Positions 31,588-52,044 of a stretch of 64,000 nt of DNA are shown here, one piece after another. The stretch lies in the NCBI RefSeq assembly GCF_009914755.1, contig NC_060948.1; one strand, given 5' to 3'. Each line of letters opens with the position of its first letter. The stretch's first letter is position 1. The position numbers and the translations under genes were made by a program. The notes beneath the pieces were generated by a model. It worked only from the letters and a program-made list of their open reading frames with translations. It was not told the origin of the DNA and did no database searches. Origin of the DNA: the human T2T-CHM13v2.0 reference genome, Homo sapiens.

Positions 31588-32081
31588 CTAACTCCACGGG
31601 CAAAAAAACCATACCCATTACAATGCTGTTTTAAGATTGTTGACCTGGTGCGGTGGCTCATGCCTGTAATCCCAGCACTTTGGGAGGCTGAGGCGGACGA
31701 ATCATGAGGTCAGGAGATCGAGACCATCCTGGCTAACACGGTGAAACGCCATCTCTACTAAAAATACAAAAAAAAAAAAAAAAATTAGCCGGGCGTGGTG
31801 GCGGGCGCCTGTAGTCCCAGCTACTCGGGAGGCTGAGGCAGGAGAGTTGCTTGAACCAGGAGGTGGAGCTTGCAGTGAGCTGAGATCGTGCCACTGTAGT
31901 CCAGCCAGGGCGACAAGAGTGAAACTCCATGTCAAAAAATTTAAAAAAATTAAATAAAAGAACTCCACCTCCCAAAGGTATTGGCTAACTCCACGGGCAA
32001 AAAAAAAAAAACCATACCCCTTACAATGCCGTTTTAAGATTCTTACGTATCTCTTCTAACTCCAACCTGTCACCGTTTTAG

Positions 32082-32436
<355 letters not shown>

Positions 32437-32861
32437 TAGTAGAGATGGGGTTTCACTGTGTTAGCCAGGAGGGTCTCGATCTCCTGACCTCGTGATCTGC
32501 CCGCCTCGGCCTCCCAAAGTGCTGGGATTACAGGCGTGAGCCACCGCGCATGGCCCAGACTCTCTAATGTTGACGAACAAGACGTTTCCGTCTTCTGCAG
32601 GAATCTCAGAACCAATACTGCTCCCATCGCTGGTGTCATGACTACCTGGTTTCTGCCCCGAAGTCAGGTGTGGGATTTGAAGTGACTTTGGAGCGTCTGG
32701 TTCCCCGTCCGCGGGACATCTAAGATGGCACACACTGGACAGGGTGGATGTGAAAGTGAAATGAGGCTAAGCTATGACTGGTGCGAAACCCAACCCCACG
32801 CTGGGCGTGGTGGCTCACGTCTGTAATCCCAGCACTTTGGGAGGCTGAGGCGGGCGGATCA

Positions 32862-33537
<676 letters not shown>

Positions 33538-34587
33538 CTATTTACAAGTCAGTGTCTTATGGGAAAGGAGCACGTTTCCCTGAGAACCTATTTGGTCCCC
33601 TCCAAGAGCTATGTTCGTTCAATACAATTCAAATCACGGCCCTTCATGCGTCTGCTCGGGCCACCATTATAAAATCCTACCCCCAGCTCCAAATACAGTC
33701 CCATTGAACTTTGTGATTTTGGAGAGTAGAGATAAAACAGTCTAGAATCCCAGAGCGATTTTACCATACCATGGCAAACTGACTCTCAACTTTAGAAACA
33801 CAAATGCTGAAAAAAAAAACTAAGGAAATTTTGAAAAAGAAGGTGAATGAAGGAGAACCTGCCTTACCTATATCAAAAGGCACTGAAAAGTTCATACCCA
33901 ATGTGCGGATTGCTATAAGAATACACAAGTAGGCCGGGCGCGGTGGCTCACGCCTGTCATCCCAGCACTTTGGAGGCCGAGGCGGGAGGATCACGAGGTC
34001 AGGAGATCGAGACCATCCCGGCTAACACGGTGAAACCCCGTCACTACTAAAAATATAAAAAATTAGCCGGGCGTGGTGGCTGGTGCCTGTAGTCCCAGCT
34101 ACTCGGGAGGCTGAGGCAGGGGAATGGCTTGAACCTGGGAGGCAGAAGCTTGCAGTGAGCCGAGATCGCGCCACTGCACTCCAGCCTGGGCGACAGAGCG
34201 AGACTCTGTCTCAAAAAAACAAAAACAAAAGCAAACAAAACGAAGAATATACAAGTAGATTAATGAAATGTGGCCGGGTGCGGTGGTGAGGCAGGAGAAT
34301 TGCTTGAACCCGAGAGGTGGAGGTTGCAGTGAGCTGAGATCGCACCACTGAAGTCTAGCCTGGGCAAGCGGAGTGAGGCCCTGTCTTAACAAAAAAACAA
34401 AGAAACAAAAAACAAACAAACAAGAAAAAAACAAAGCAAAACAAACAGAAAAGTATTTCACTAATATTTACTGCTAAGTGGGATTATTTTTATTCAAGCT
34501 TTTGTATCTTTAGAAAAAAATTGTGGCCGGGCGCGGTGGCTCACGCCTGTCATCCCAGCACTTTGGGAGGCCGAGGAGGGTGGATCA

Positions 34588-35120
<533 letters not shown>

Positions 35121-35199
35121 TCAAAAAAAATCTGAACATCATTAGCGTCAAATTAAGCATGGTCTCTCAGCAGCCATCATAGTCCTATGTCTCTCTTAG

Positions 35200-35314
35200 G
35201 CAGTGAACAATAGCTATTGCCAGTTTGGAGCAATTTCCTTATGTGAAGTGACCAACTACACCGTCCGAGTGGCCAACCCACCATTCTCCACGTGGATCCT
35301 CTTCCCTGAGAACA
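35200..35314 (+). CDS. IL3RA: IL3RA exon 4 (AVNNSYCQFGAISLCEVTNYTVRVANPPFSTWILFPEN)
   Basis: CTCTTAG|G acceptor, ACA|GTGAGA donor; 115 nt; ends phase 1. Confidence 0.95.
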
Positions 35315-35344
35315 GTGAGAAAAATGTTCATTGTTTGTTTATTC

Positions 35345-35413
35345 TCTATTCCCTCCCTCCTTCCCTCTCTCCCTCCCTCTCGCCTTCGCTGTGTCTTTTT
35401 TCTTTTCTTTTTC

Positions 35414-35452
<39 letters not shown>

Positions 35453-35797
35453 CTTTCTTTCTTTCTGTTTCTTTCTGTTTCTTTCTTCCTTTCTTTTTCT
35501 CTTTCTTTCTTTCCTTCTTTCCTCTCTTTCTTTTCTTTCTCTTTCCCTCCCTCCCTTCTTTCTTTTCTTCACTTCCTTCCCTCCCTCCTTCTCTCCTTTT
35601 CCTCCCTCCTCCTTCCCACCCTACTTCCTCTCTCTCCTTCCTTCCCTTTCGTTTCTTTCTTTTCCTCCCTGCCTCACTCCCTTCCTTCCTTCTCTCCCTC
35701 CTCTTTTCCTTCCTTCTTCCCTCCTTCCCTTTCTCTCTCTCTCTCTTTCTCTCTTTCCCCCTCCCCTCCCTTCCCCTCCTCTCCCCTCTCCTTTCCT
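35345..35797. repeat. Polypyrimidine (TTTC/CCTT)n tract just downstream of exon 4
   Basis: Almost pure C/T, merging into an antisense Alu tail. Confidence 0.9.
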
Positions 35798-35952
35798 GAC
35801 ACGGTCTTGCTCTGTTGCCCAGGCTGGAGCGCAGTGGTGCAATCACAGCTTACTGCAGGCTTCACCTCCTGAGCTCAAACAATCCTTCTGCCTCAGCCTC
35901 CCACGTAGGTGGAACTACACCCATGTACCACCATGCCCACCTAATTTTTTAA

Positions 35953-36230
<278 letters not shown>

Positions 36231-36406
36231 TGAGCCACCGCGCCCAGCCTTAAATACTTTTTGTAGAGATGGGGTGTCGCTATGTTACCTGAGCTGGTCT
36301 CAAACTCCTAGGCTCAAGTGATCCTCCCGCCTCAGTCTCCCAAAGTGCAGGGATTGTAAGCATCAGCCACCACGCCTGGCCTCTTCTTTGTTTTTGAATT
36401 AATTAG

Positions 36407-36610
<204 letters not shown>

Positions 36611-36851
36611 TAAGTAGAGACGGGGCTTCACCATGTTGGTCTCGAACTCCTGACCTTGTGATCCACCCGCCTCAGCCTCCCAAAGTGCTGGGATGACAGG
36701 CGGGAGCCACTGTGCCGGGCCTCAATTTAATTATTTTTAAGTTTAATGGATTTCCAGGGAGTTATGCCGAGTCGGAAAAAAAAGACCACTCCAGAGCGTG
36801 ACACACACAGTGATTTCATTAATACAACTGTCTTGAAATGGCAAAATTTTA

Positions 36852-37372
<521 letters not shown>

Positions 37373-37561
37373 TTAAAAAGAAATTAGCGGCCGGGCCCAG
37401 TGGCTCACACCTGTAATGCCAGCACTTTGGGAGGCCGAGGCGGGTGGATCACGAGGTCAGGAGATCGAGACCATCCCGGCTAACATGGTGAAACCCCATC
37501 TCTACTAAAAATACAAAATTAGCCAGGGGTGGTGGCACATGCCTGTAGTCCCAGCTACTCA

Positions 37562-38040
<479 letters not shown>

Positions 38041-38124
38041 TTACAACGGCTTGTGTATCTACCATGGTCTCAAAATACAAAAGGCACTCTAAAAAGGAAT
38101 TAGAGTTTTATTTTTATTTTTTGA

Positions 38125-38610
<486 letters not shown>

Positions 38611-38876
38611 TAGCCAGGCTGGTCTCGAACTCCGGACCTCGGGTGATCCACCTGCCTCGGCCTCCCAAAGTGCTGGGATCACAGGTGCGTGCCACCAGAC
38701 ACAGCTAATTTTTGCATTTTTAGTAGAGATTGGGTTTCTCCATGTTGGCCAGGCTGGTCTCGAACTCCTGACCTCATGTGATCCACCCGCCTCGGCCTCC
38801 CAAAATGCTGGGGTGACAGGTGTGAGCCACCGCGCCCGGTCCCGATTCGAGTTCTCTTTCATGTTTGTGAACCCAG

Positions 38877-39009
38877 GTGGGAAGCCTTGGGCAGGTGCGG
38901 AGAATCTGACCTGCTGGATTCATGACGTGGATTTCTTGAGCTGCAGCTGGGCGGTAGGCCCGGGGGCCCCCGCGGACGTCCAGTACGACCTGTACTTGAA
39001 CGTTGCCAA
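38877..39009 (+). CDS. IL3RA: IL3RA exon 5 ([44 protein letters not shown])
   Basis: CCCAG|GT acceptor, CAA|GTAGGT donor; 133 nt; carries the C-x9-C-x-W class I cytokine receptor motif. Confidence 0.95.
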
Positions 39010-39098
39010 GTAGGTGTGCCCTTGGGCAGAGGCCGGGCTGTCCCTGGTGCGGGTGCCATCGGCGTGGGGTCGTCCCCCAACCTTACCGCTTACCGCAG

Positions 39099-39283
39099 CA
39101 GGCGTCAACAGTACGAGTGTCTTCACTACAAAACGGATGCTCAGGGAACACGTATCGGGTGTCGTTTCGATGACATCTCTCGACTCTCCAGCGGTTCTCA
39201 AAGTTCCCACATCCTGGTGCGGGGCAGGAGCGCAGCCTTCGGTATCCCCTGCACAGATAAGTTTGTCGTCTTTTCACAGATTG
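39099..39283 (+). CDS. IL3RA: IL3RA exon 6 (NRRQQYECLHYKTDAQGTRIGCRFDDISRLSSGSQSSHILVRGRSAAFGIPCTDKFVVFSQI)
   Basis: GCAG|CAG acceptor after an 89-nt intron, TTG|GTGAGT donor; 185 nt. Confidence 0.95.
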
Positions 39284-39399
39284 GTGAGTAGCCCGGGACA
39301 CTCCCTCCCACCCTCAGTTCTGTGATACCACGGCTTTAGCGCCAGGCCAGATCCCACGGGACCACGTGGCTCCCAACGCAGACGTTGGCCTCTCACATT

Positions 39400-41035
39400 T
39401 CCAGAGGCTGGACGTTGGAGGTCAGGGTGCTGGCTGGCTGGGCTCCTCGGGAGGTCTCTTCCTGGCTTGGAGAGAGGGTCATCTTCTCACTGTGTCTTCA
39501 TGTGGTGGAGAGAGAGAGAGAGATGAAGTTCTGGGGTCTCTTGTTAGAAGGGCACTAACACCATCATGGGTCCCATCATGGGTCATAGGATCCCTCATCA
39601 TGGGTCATGGGACCCCCCATCATGGGTTCCATCATGGGTCCCATCATGGGTCATAGAATCCCCCATCATGGGTTTCATCATGAGTCATAGAACCCCCTAT
39701 CATGGATTCCATCATGGGTCATGGGAACCCCCATCATGGGTCCCATCATTGGTCATAGGACCCCCTATCATGGGTTCCATCATGGGTCATGGGACACCCC
39801 CCATCATGGGTTCCACCATGAGTCATGGGATCCCTCATCGTGGGTTCCATCATGGGTCATGGGACCCCCCATCATGGGTTCCATCATGGGTAATAGGACC
39901 CCCCCATCATGGGTTCCACCATGAGTCATGGGATCCCTCATCATGGGTTCCACCATGAGTCATGGGATCCCCTATCATGGATTCCATCATGGGTCATGGG
40001 ACCCCCTATCATGGATTCCATCATGGGTCATGGGACCCCCCATCATGGGTCCCATCATGAGTCATGGGATCCCTCATCATGGGTTTCATCATGGGTCATA
40101 GGACCCCCATCATGGATTCCATCATGGGTCATGGGAACCTCCATCATGGGTCCCATTATGGGTCATAGAATTCCCCATCATGGGTTCCATCATGAGTCAT
40201 GGGACCCCCCATCATGGGTTCCACATGGGATCCCTCATCATTGGTTCCATCATGGGTCATAGGATCCCCCATCATAGGTCCCATCATGGGTTCCACATGG
40301 GATCCCTCATCATTGGTTCCATCATGGGTCATAGGATCCCCCATCATAGGTCCCATCATGGGTCATGGGACCCCCCCCCCATCATGGGTTCCATCACGGG
40401 TCATGGGACCCCCCCCAATCATGGGTTCCATCATGGGTCATGGGAACCCCCATCATGGGTTTCATCATGGGTCATAGGATCCCCTATCATGGGTTCCATC
40501 ATGGGTCATGGGACCCCCCCCCATCACGGGTTCCATCATGGGTCATGGGAACCCCCATCATGGGTTTCATCATGGGTCATAGGATCCCCTATCATGGATT
40601 CCATCATGAGTCATGGGATCCCTCATCATGGGTTCCATCATGGGTCATGGGACCCCCCCCCCCCCCATCATGGGTCATGGGACCCCCCCCCCCATCATGG
40701 GTCATGGGAGCCCCCATTGTGAGTCATGGAATCCCTCATCATGGGTCTCATCATGGGCCATGGGTCCCACCATGGGTCATGGGAGCCCCCATCATGAGTC
40801 ATGGAATCCCTCATCATGGGTCATGGGTCCCATCATGGGTCATGGGAGCCCCCATCATGGGTCATGGGTCCCATCATGGGTCACGGGAGCCCCCATCATG
40901 GGGGTCCACCCTCATAACTTCAGCCCACGCCAGTCACCTCCCAAAGACCCCACCTTCTAACACCGCCCAACCAGGGGTTAGAGCTTCAGTGGAGGAATTT
41001 GGGACAGAAGGACACACACTTTCAGTCCACGATAC
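39400..41035 (-). mobile_element. MLT1A/MST-like MaLR LTR hosting an internal CATCATGGG minisatellite
   Basis: Left flank ...AGAAGGGCACTAACACCATCATGGG and right flank GGGGTCCACCCTCATAAC...CACCTCCCAAAGACCCCACCTTCTAACACC join into contiguous MaLR-like sequence. Confidence 0.65.
39561..40903. repeat. Complex minisatellite of CCATCATGGG(T)/GTCATGGGA(C)n units
   Basis: Many tens of CATCATGG-type cores in direct repetition over ~1.3 kb. Confidence 0.95.
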
Positions 41036-41127
41036 CCGAGCTCCGAGGAACCTCCCAGGTGGTGAAAATGTCAATATGCCCAGAGCTGACGTGCCCTGAA
41101 CCCACGGGCAGGGTGCTCGGATGCTTC

Positions 41128-42225
41128 AGAAGAGGAGGGGGAAACGAGGAAGAGGAGGAGAAGGACAAGGAGAAGAGAAGGGAGGAGAGGAAGAACATGA
41201 GCAGGGGGAGGAGGAGGAGGAGGAAAAGAAACAGAGGAAAAGGAGGGGGAGGAGGTAGAGATGGAGAGGGAAGGAAGAGGAGGAAGAGAAGAAAACGGAG
41301 AAAGAGGAGGGGGAGGAGGAGGAGGAAGAGAAAATGGAGAAAGAGGAGGGGGGGGAGGTGGAGATGGGGAGGGGAGGAAGAGGAGGAAGAGAAGAAAACA
41401 GGAGGGGGAGGAAGAGAAGAAAATGGAGGGAAAGGAGGGGGAGGAGGTGGAGATGGGGAGAGAAGGAGCAGGAGGAGGAGAAGAAAGAAGAGGAAGAAAG
41501 GAGGAGGAGAGGGTGGAGGAGGAAGAGGGTGAAGGAGAGAGGGAGGAGAATGGAGAGGAGGAGGAGGCGGGGGAGGGAAGAGAAGGAGGTGAGGAGGAGG
41601 AAGGGGAGGATAGAGAAGGTGGGGTAGAAGGGTGGTGAGGTGGGGAGGGAGAAGGAGGGGGAGGAGGAGAGAGGAGGACTGGGGGGAGGAAGGTGGAGGG
41701 GGAGGAGGGGAGAGAGGAGGAGGGAGGAGGGAGAAGGAGGGGAGAGGATGGAGGAAGAGGAGCAGATGGAGGAAGGCGAGCAGGAGGGGGAGGAAAAAGG
41801 AGGAGGGGCAGGAGGAAGAAGGAGCGGGAGGAGAGGAGGAGGAGGAGGAGGAGAATGGGCAGGGAGGAGGAGAGGGAAGAAAAGGAGGGGGAGGAGGAAG
41901 GAGGGGGAGGAGGGTGGAGGGGGAGGAGGGTGGAGGGGGAGGAGGGTGGAGGGGGAGGAGGAAGGAGGGAGAAGGAGGGGAGAGGATGGAGGAAGAGGAG
42001 CAGGAGGGGGAGGAAAAAGGAGGAGGGGCAGGAGGGGAGGAGGAGAAAGGAGAGTGGAGGAGGAGGGTGACAAGGAGAATGGGGAGGAGAGAGGAGTGGT
42101 AGAAAAAGGAGAGAGAGGAAGAGTAGGAGCGGAGGGGGAGGAGGGGAGGGGAGGGGAGGGGAGAAAGACCAGGAGGGTAGGAGGAGGGGGAGGAGGGGGA
42201 GGAGGGGGAGGAGGAGGAGGGGGCC
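41128..42225. repeat. ~1.1-kb GGA/GAG polypurine tract in intron 6
   Basis: Nearly pure G/A with internal duplications. Confidence 0.92.
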
Positions 42226-42958
42226 AGGGCTGGACTTCCTTCCAGGGGCCCAGGGGAGACCCAGCCAGGCAGCCGGACACACAGGGCTGGGCTGGTAGTC
42301 GGGTCACACCTGAGGATGTGGAAGTGCCTGGGGTTCCCGGGAAGTGGAGGATGTCCTGGGCCACTGGGAGAGGCGGCACATCCCCTGGGGGGCTGAGGTG
42401 GGGGAGGTGAGAAGCCAGGCAGGGGCCAGGAAGTGGAAGCTTCAGGAGGATGTGTGCAGGTCAAAGTGTAGGAGTCTGCATCTTGAATGATGCAGAGAGG
42501 GCCTCCAAGGCTCCAGTGTGCTGCAGGTGGGCAGAGGGGGCATGGGAAGTAGGGGTTGGCCCTGGGCAGGGGTGGGGAGTGGGCCAGGCTGCCCAGCGGG
42601 GCTGAGCCTAGAGATGGAAGGGGCAGGGACAAAGATGTGCAGCTGCCAGTCCTTGGAAAAGCTGAACGCCTGGTACTTCAGAGAACAAAAGGGTGGTTCT
42701 GAAGGCTGCTCCCAGGACAGTGGGGCTCCGAGGGTGCAACCCCAAGGCTCACTCCTCCCAGTGCCCCCAACGCGGCTCAGTCCTGTGTCTCTGCCTGTAG
42801 AGTTTCTTTGTTCCCTCTTCCTTCCTGGTGTTTTTCTCTCCCGCTCTCCAAATGCATAGGAGAAGTAATTTGAAGTATCTCCAGAAAAAAAAAGAGAAAA
42901 AGAAAAAGAATTGATTTCTTGTACTCCTAAATCCTAAAAGTGTTTTTCTCGTTGCTAG

Positions 42959-43074
42959 AGATATTAACTCCACCCAACATGACTGCAAAGTGTAATAAGA
43001 CACATTCCTTTATGCACTGGAAAATGAGAAGTCATTTCAATCGCAAATTTCGCTATGAGCTTCAGATACAAAAG
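42959..43074 (+). CDS. IL3RA: IL3RA exon 7 (EILTPPNMTAKCNKTHSFMHWKMRSHFNRKFRYELQIQK)
   Basis: GCTAG|AG acceptor, AAG|GTAAAC donor; 116 nt; start of an FnIII-type domain. Confidence 0.95.
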
Positions 43075-43319
43075 GTAAACTTTCACCCCGCCCCCAGCCC
43101 CCCCACCCCCGTGGACATCCCTTATTTTTGGTAAGTCGCACTCTGGGGCCTTGAAACGGGCAACAATCTCCTCTGATAACGTCACAGAAGGCATGGATCA
43201 TTAAAAAACAAAAACAAAAACAAAAGGCCGGGCGCTGTGGCTCACGCCTGTCATCCCAGCACTTTGGGAGGCTGAGGCGGGTGGATCACAAGGTCAGGAG
43301 ATCGAGACCATCCTGGCTA

Positions 43320-43626
<307 letters not shown>

Positions 43627-43754
43627 CTACAGATTCAATGCAAGCTTCCCAGATATTTTTGATCCACAGTTCGTTGGATCAGTTGAACATAAATATTGAT
43701 TTATTTATTGAGCCACTCTGGCTCTGTAGCCCAGGCTGGAGTGCAGTGACTTAA

Positions 43755-44004
<250 letters not shown>

Positions 44005-44652
44005 TAGTTTGTATTTTATTTTATTGTATTTTATTATTTATTTATTTATTTTTGAGACGGAGTCCTGCTCTGTCACCCAAGCTGTTTGTTTGTTTGTTTG
44101 TTTGTTTATTATTTTTGAGACGGAGTCCTGCTCTGTTGCCCAGGCTGGGGTGCAGTGGCATGATCTCAGCTCACTGTAACCTCCGCCTCTCGGGTTCAAC
44201 CAATTCTCAGCTTCAGCCTCCTGAGTAGCTGGAATTACAGGCACCTGCCACCATGCCTGGCTAATTTTTTTTTGTATTTTTAGTAGAGATGGGGTTTCAC
44301 CATCTTGTCCCGGCTGGTCTTGAACTCCTGACCTCATGATCCACCCGCCTCAGCTTCCCAAAGTGCTGGGATTACAGGCGTGAGGCACTGTGCCCCGCCA
44401 TATATTTATTATTTATACTCAAATACTAATTATTTCATATGCAATTTTTCTGTAAGTCTAAATCTGCTAAAAAACGTTAGGTCTATTAATTTCTTTTATA
44501 TTACCAAGTGTTTTTTAGCCAATCTGTTTGGGTTTTTTTTTTTTTTAAGAAAATAAATGGCTGGGTGCAGTAGCTTACGCCTGTAATCCCAGCACTTTGG
44601 GAGGCCGAGGCAGGACGATCACGAGGTCAGGAGATAGAGACCATCCTGGCTA

Positions 44653-44940
<288 letters not shown>

Positions 44941-45194
44941 CTAGTCTGATGTTGCACCCCCTACCTAGTTCGCTGGCCTGGCATAGGCTGTCTGTGGCTA
45001 CCCCTGAGTGCATCTGGACACAGTCTGGGAGGACGGTGGGTCTTGTTTGTCCACCGGCCTCACAAAGCCCCCTCCCACCAAGGTCTTGCCACAGTGGCCC
45101 ATAAGAAACCTTTTGGGCCAGGCGCGATGGGGCATGCCTGTAATCCCAGCACTTTGGGAGGCCGAGGTGGGCAGATCATGAGGTCAAGAGATCA

Positions 45195-45425
<231 letters not shown>

Positions 45426-45598
45426 TCAGGTGCTATTTACTCCTAAGCTCATTATTTTGCCCCCACTGCTGCCCGAAGGCCTTCCCAGAGCCCTCACTGT
45501 TTTGCTGGTTTTCCTGGAGGGAGAAATTTGAGTTTGGGAGGAGGAGGCTTTCAGGGACGGTCCAGACACTCAAAAGTTTGCTTGCTTTTGTGTTGCAG

Positions 45599-45625
45599 AG
45601 AATGCAGCCTGTAATCACAGAACAG
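45599..45625 (+). CDS. IL3RA: IL3RA exon 8, 27-nt microexon (RMQPVITEQ)
   Basis: TTGCAG|AG acceptor, CAG|GTGAGT donor; phase 0-0; fills the gap between exons 7 and 9 in the known protein. Confidence 0.93.
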
Positions 45626-45857
45626 GTGAGTGTTCCCTACCCCCAGCCGCTGTACTTGACATTGCAAAGGGTGAGTTTTATTATTATTAAGAATAAAATG
45701 ATAAAAAATATTAATAATTCTTATTAATAAAATAATGAAAATATTATTAATAATAAATGTTATTATTCAATGTTCAGTGACTTTCATTGGACAGACTCTT
45801 GAGTGTCACCCTTACTGCGATCTTGCAAAATTGGGATATTTCACATCCCCAAATTGA

Positions 45858-48055
<2,198 letters not shown>

Positions 48056-48057
48056 CC

Positions 48058-50249
<2,192 letters not shown>

Positions 50250-50763
50250 TAGTAGAGACGGGGTTTCACTGTGGTCTCGATCTCCTGACCTTGTGATCTG
50301 CCCGCCTTGGCCCTCCAAAGTGCTGGGATTACAGGCGTGAGCCACCGCGCCTGGCCGAGCTATTTCATCATAAGGCCCCACTGTAAGGAGCTGGGGGCTA
50401 AGACTGCAACATATGAATTTTGGGGGATCACAATGCAGACTCATTCTTTTGTACCCATCAAATATGAATGGTCTTTTCTTCTACTTTTTTGTTTGGTTTT
50501 TAATTTCAGACAGGCTCTCACTCTGTCACCCACGCTAGAGTGCAGTGGCACAGTCACGGCTCACTGCAATCTCTGCCTCCTGGGCTCAAGGGATCCTCCT
50601 GCCTCAGCCCCCCAAGTAGCTGAAACTACAGGCGTTTGCCACCAGGTCAGCTCATTTAAAAAAAAATTTGGCTGGGCGCGGTGGCTCACGCTGGTAATCC
50701 CAGCCCTTTGGGAGGCCGAGGCGGGTGGATCATGAGGTCAGGAAATCAAGACCATCCTGGCTA

Positions 50764-51322
<559 letters not shown>

Positions 51323-51370
51323 TCAAACTCCTAAGCTCGAGGTATCCCCCCACCTCAGCCTCCCTGGTAG

Positions 51371-51826
<456 letters not shown>

Positions 51827-51918
51827 TGATCCACCTGCCTTGGCCTCCCTAAGTGCCCAGGTGAGAGTCATGAGCCACCATACCTGGCCCCTCTTCTTTA
51901 TTTTCTTTCAAACCACAG

Positions 51919-52033
51919 GTCAGAGACAGAACCTCCTTCCAGCTACTCAATCCTGGAACGTACACAGTACAAATAAGAGCCCGGGAAAGAGTGTATGAAT
52001 TCTTGAGCGCCTGGAGCACCCCCCAGCGCTTCG
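51919..52033 (+). CDS. IL3RA: IL3RA exon 9 ([38 protein letters not shown]; WSXWS-like LSAWS)
   Basis: CACAG|GT acceptor, TCG|GTGAGT donor; 115 nt; YxVQIRAR...LSAWS cytokine receptor signature. Confidence 0.95.
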
Positions 52034-52044
52034 GTGAGTGGGCT

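Noticed and set aside
39566-41099. His/Gly/Met-rich ORFs
   Set aside because: They are translations of the CATCATGGG minisatellite in all frames.
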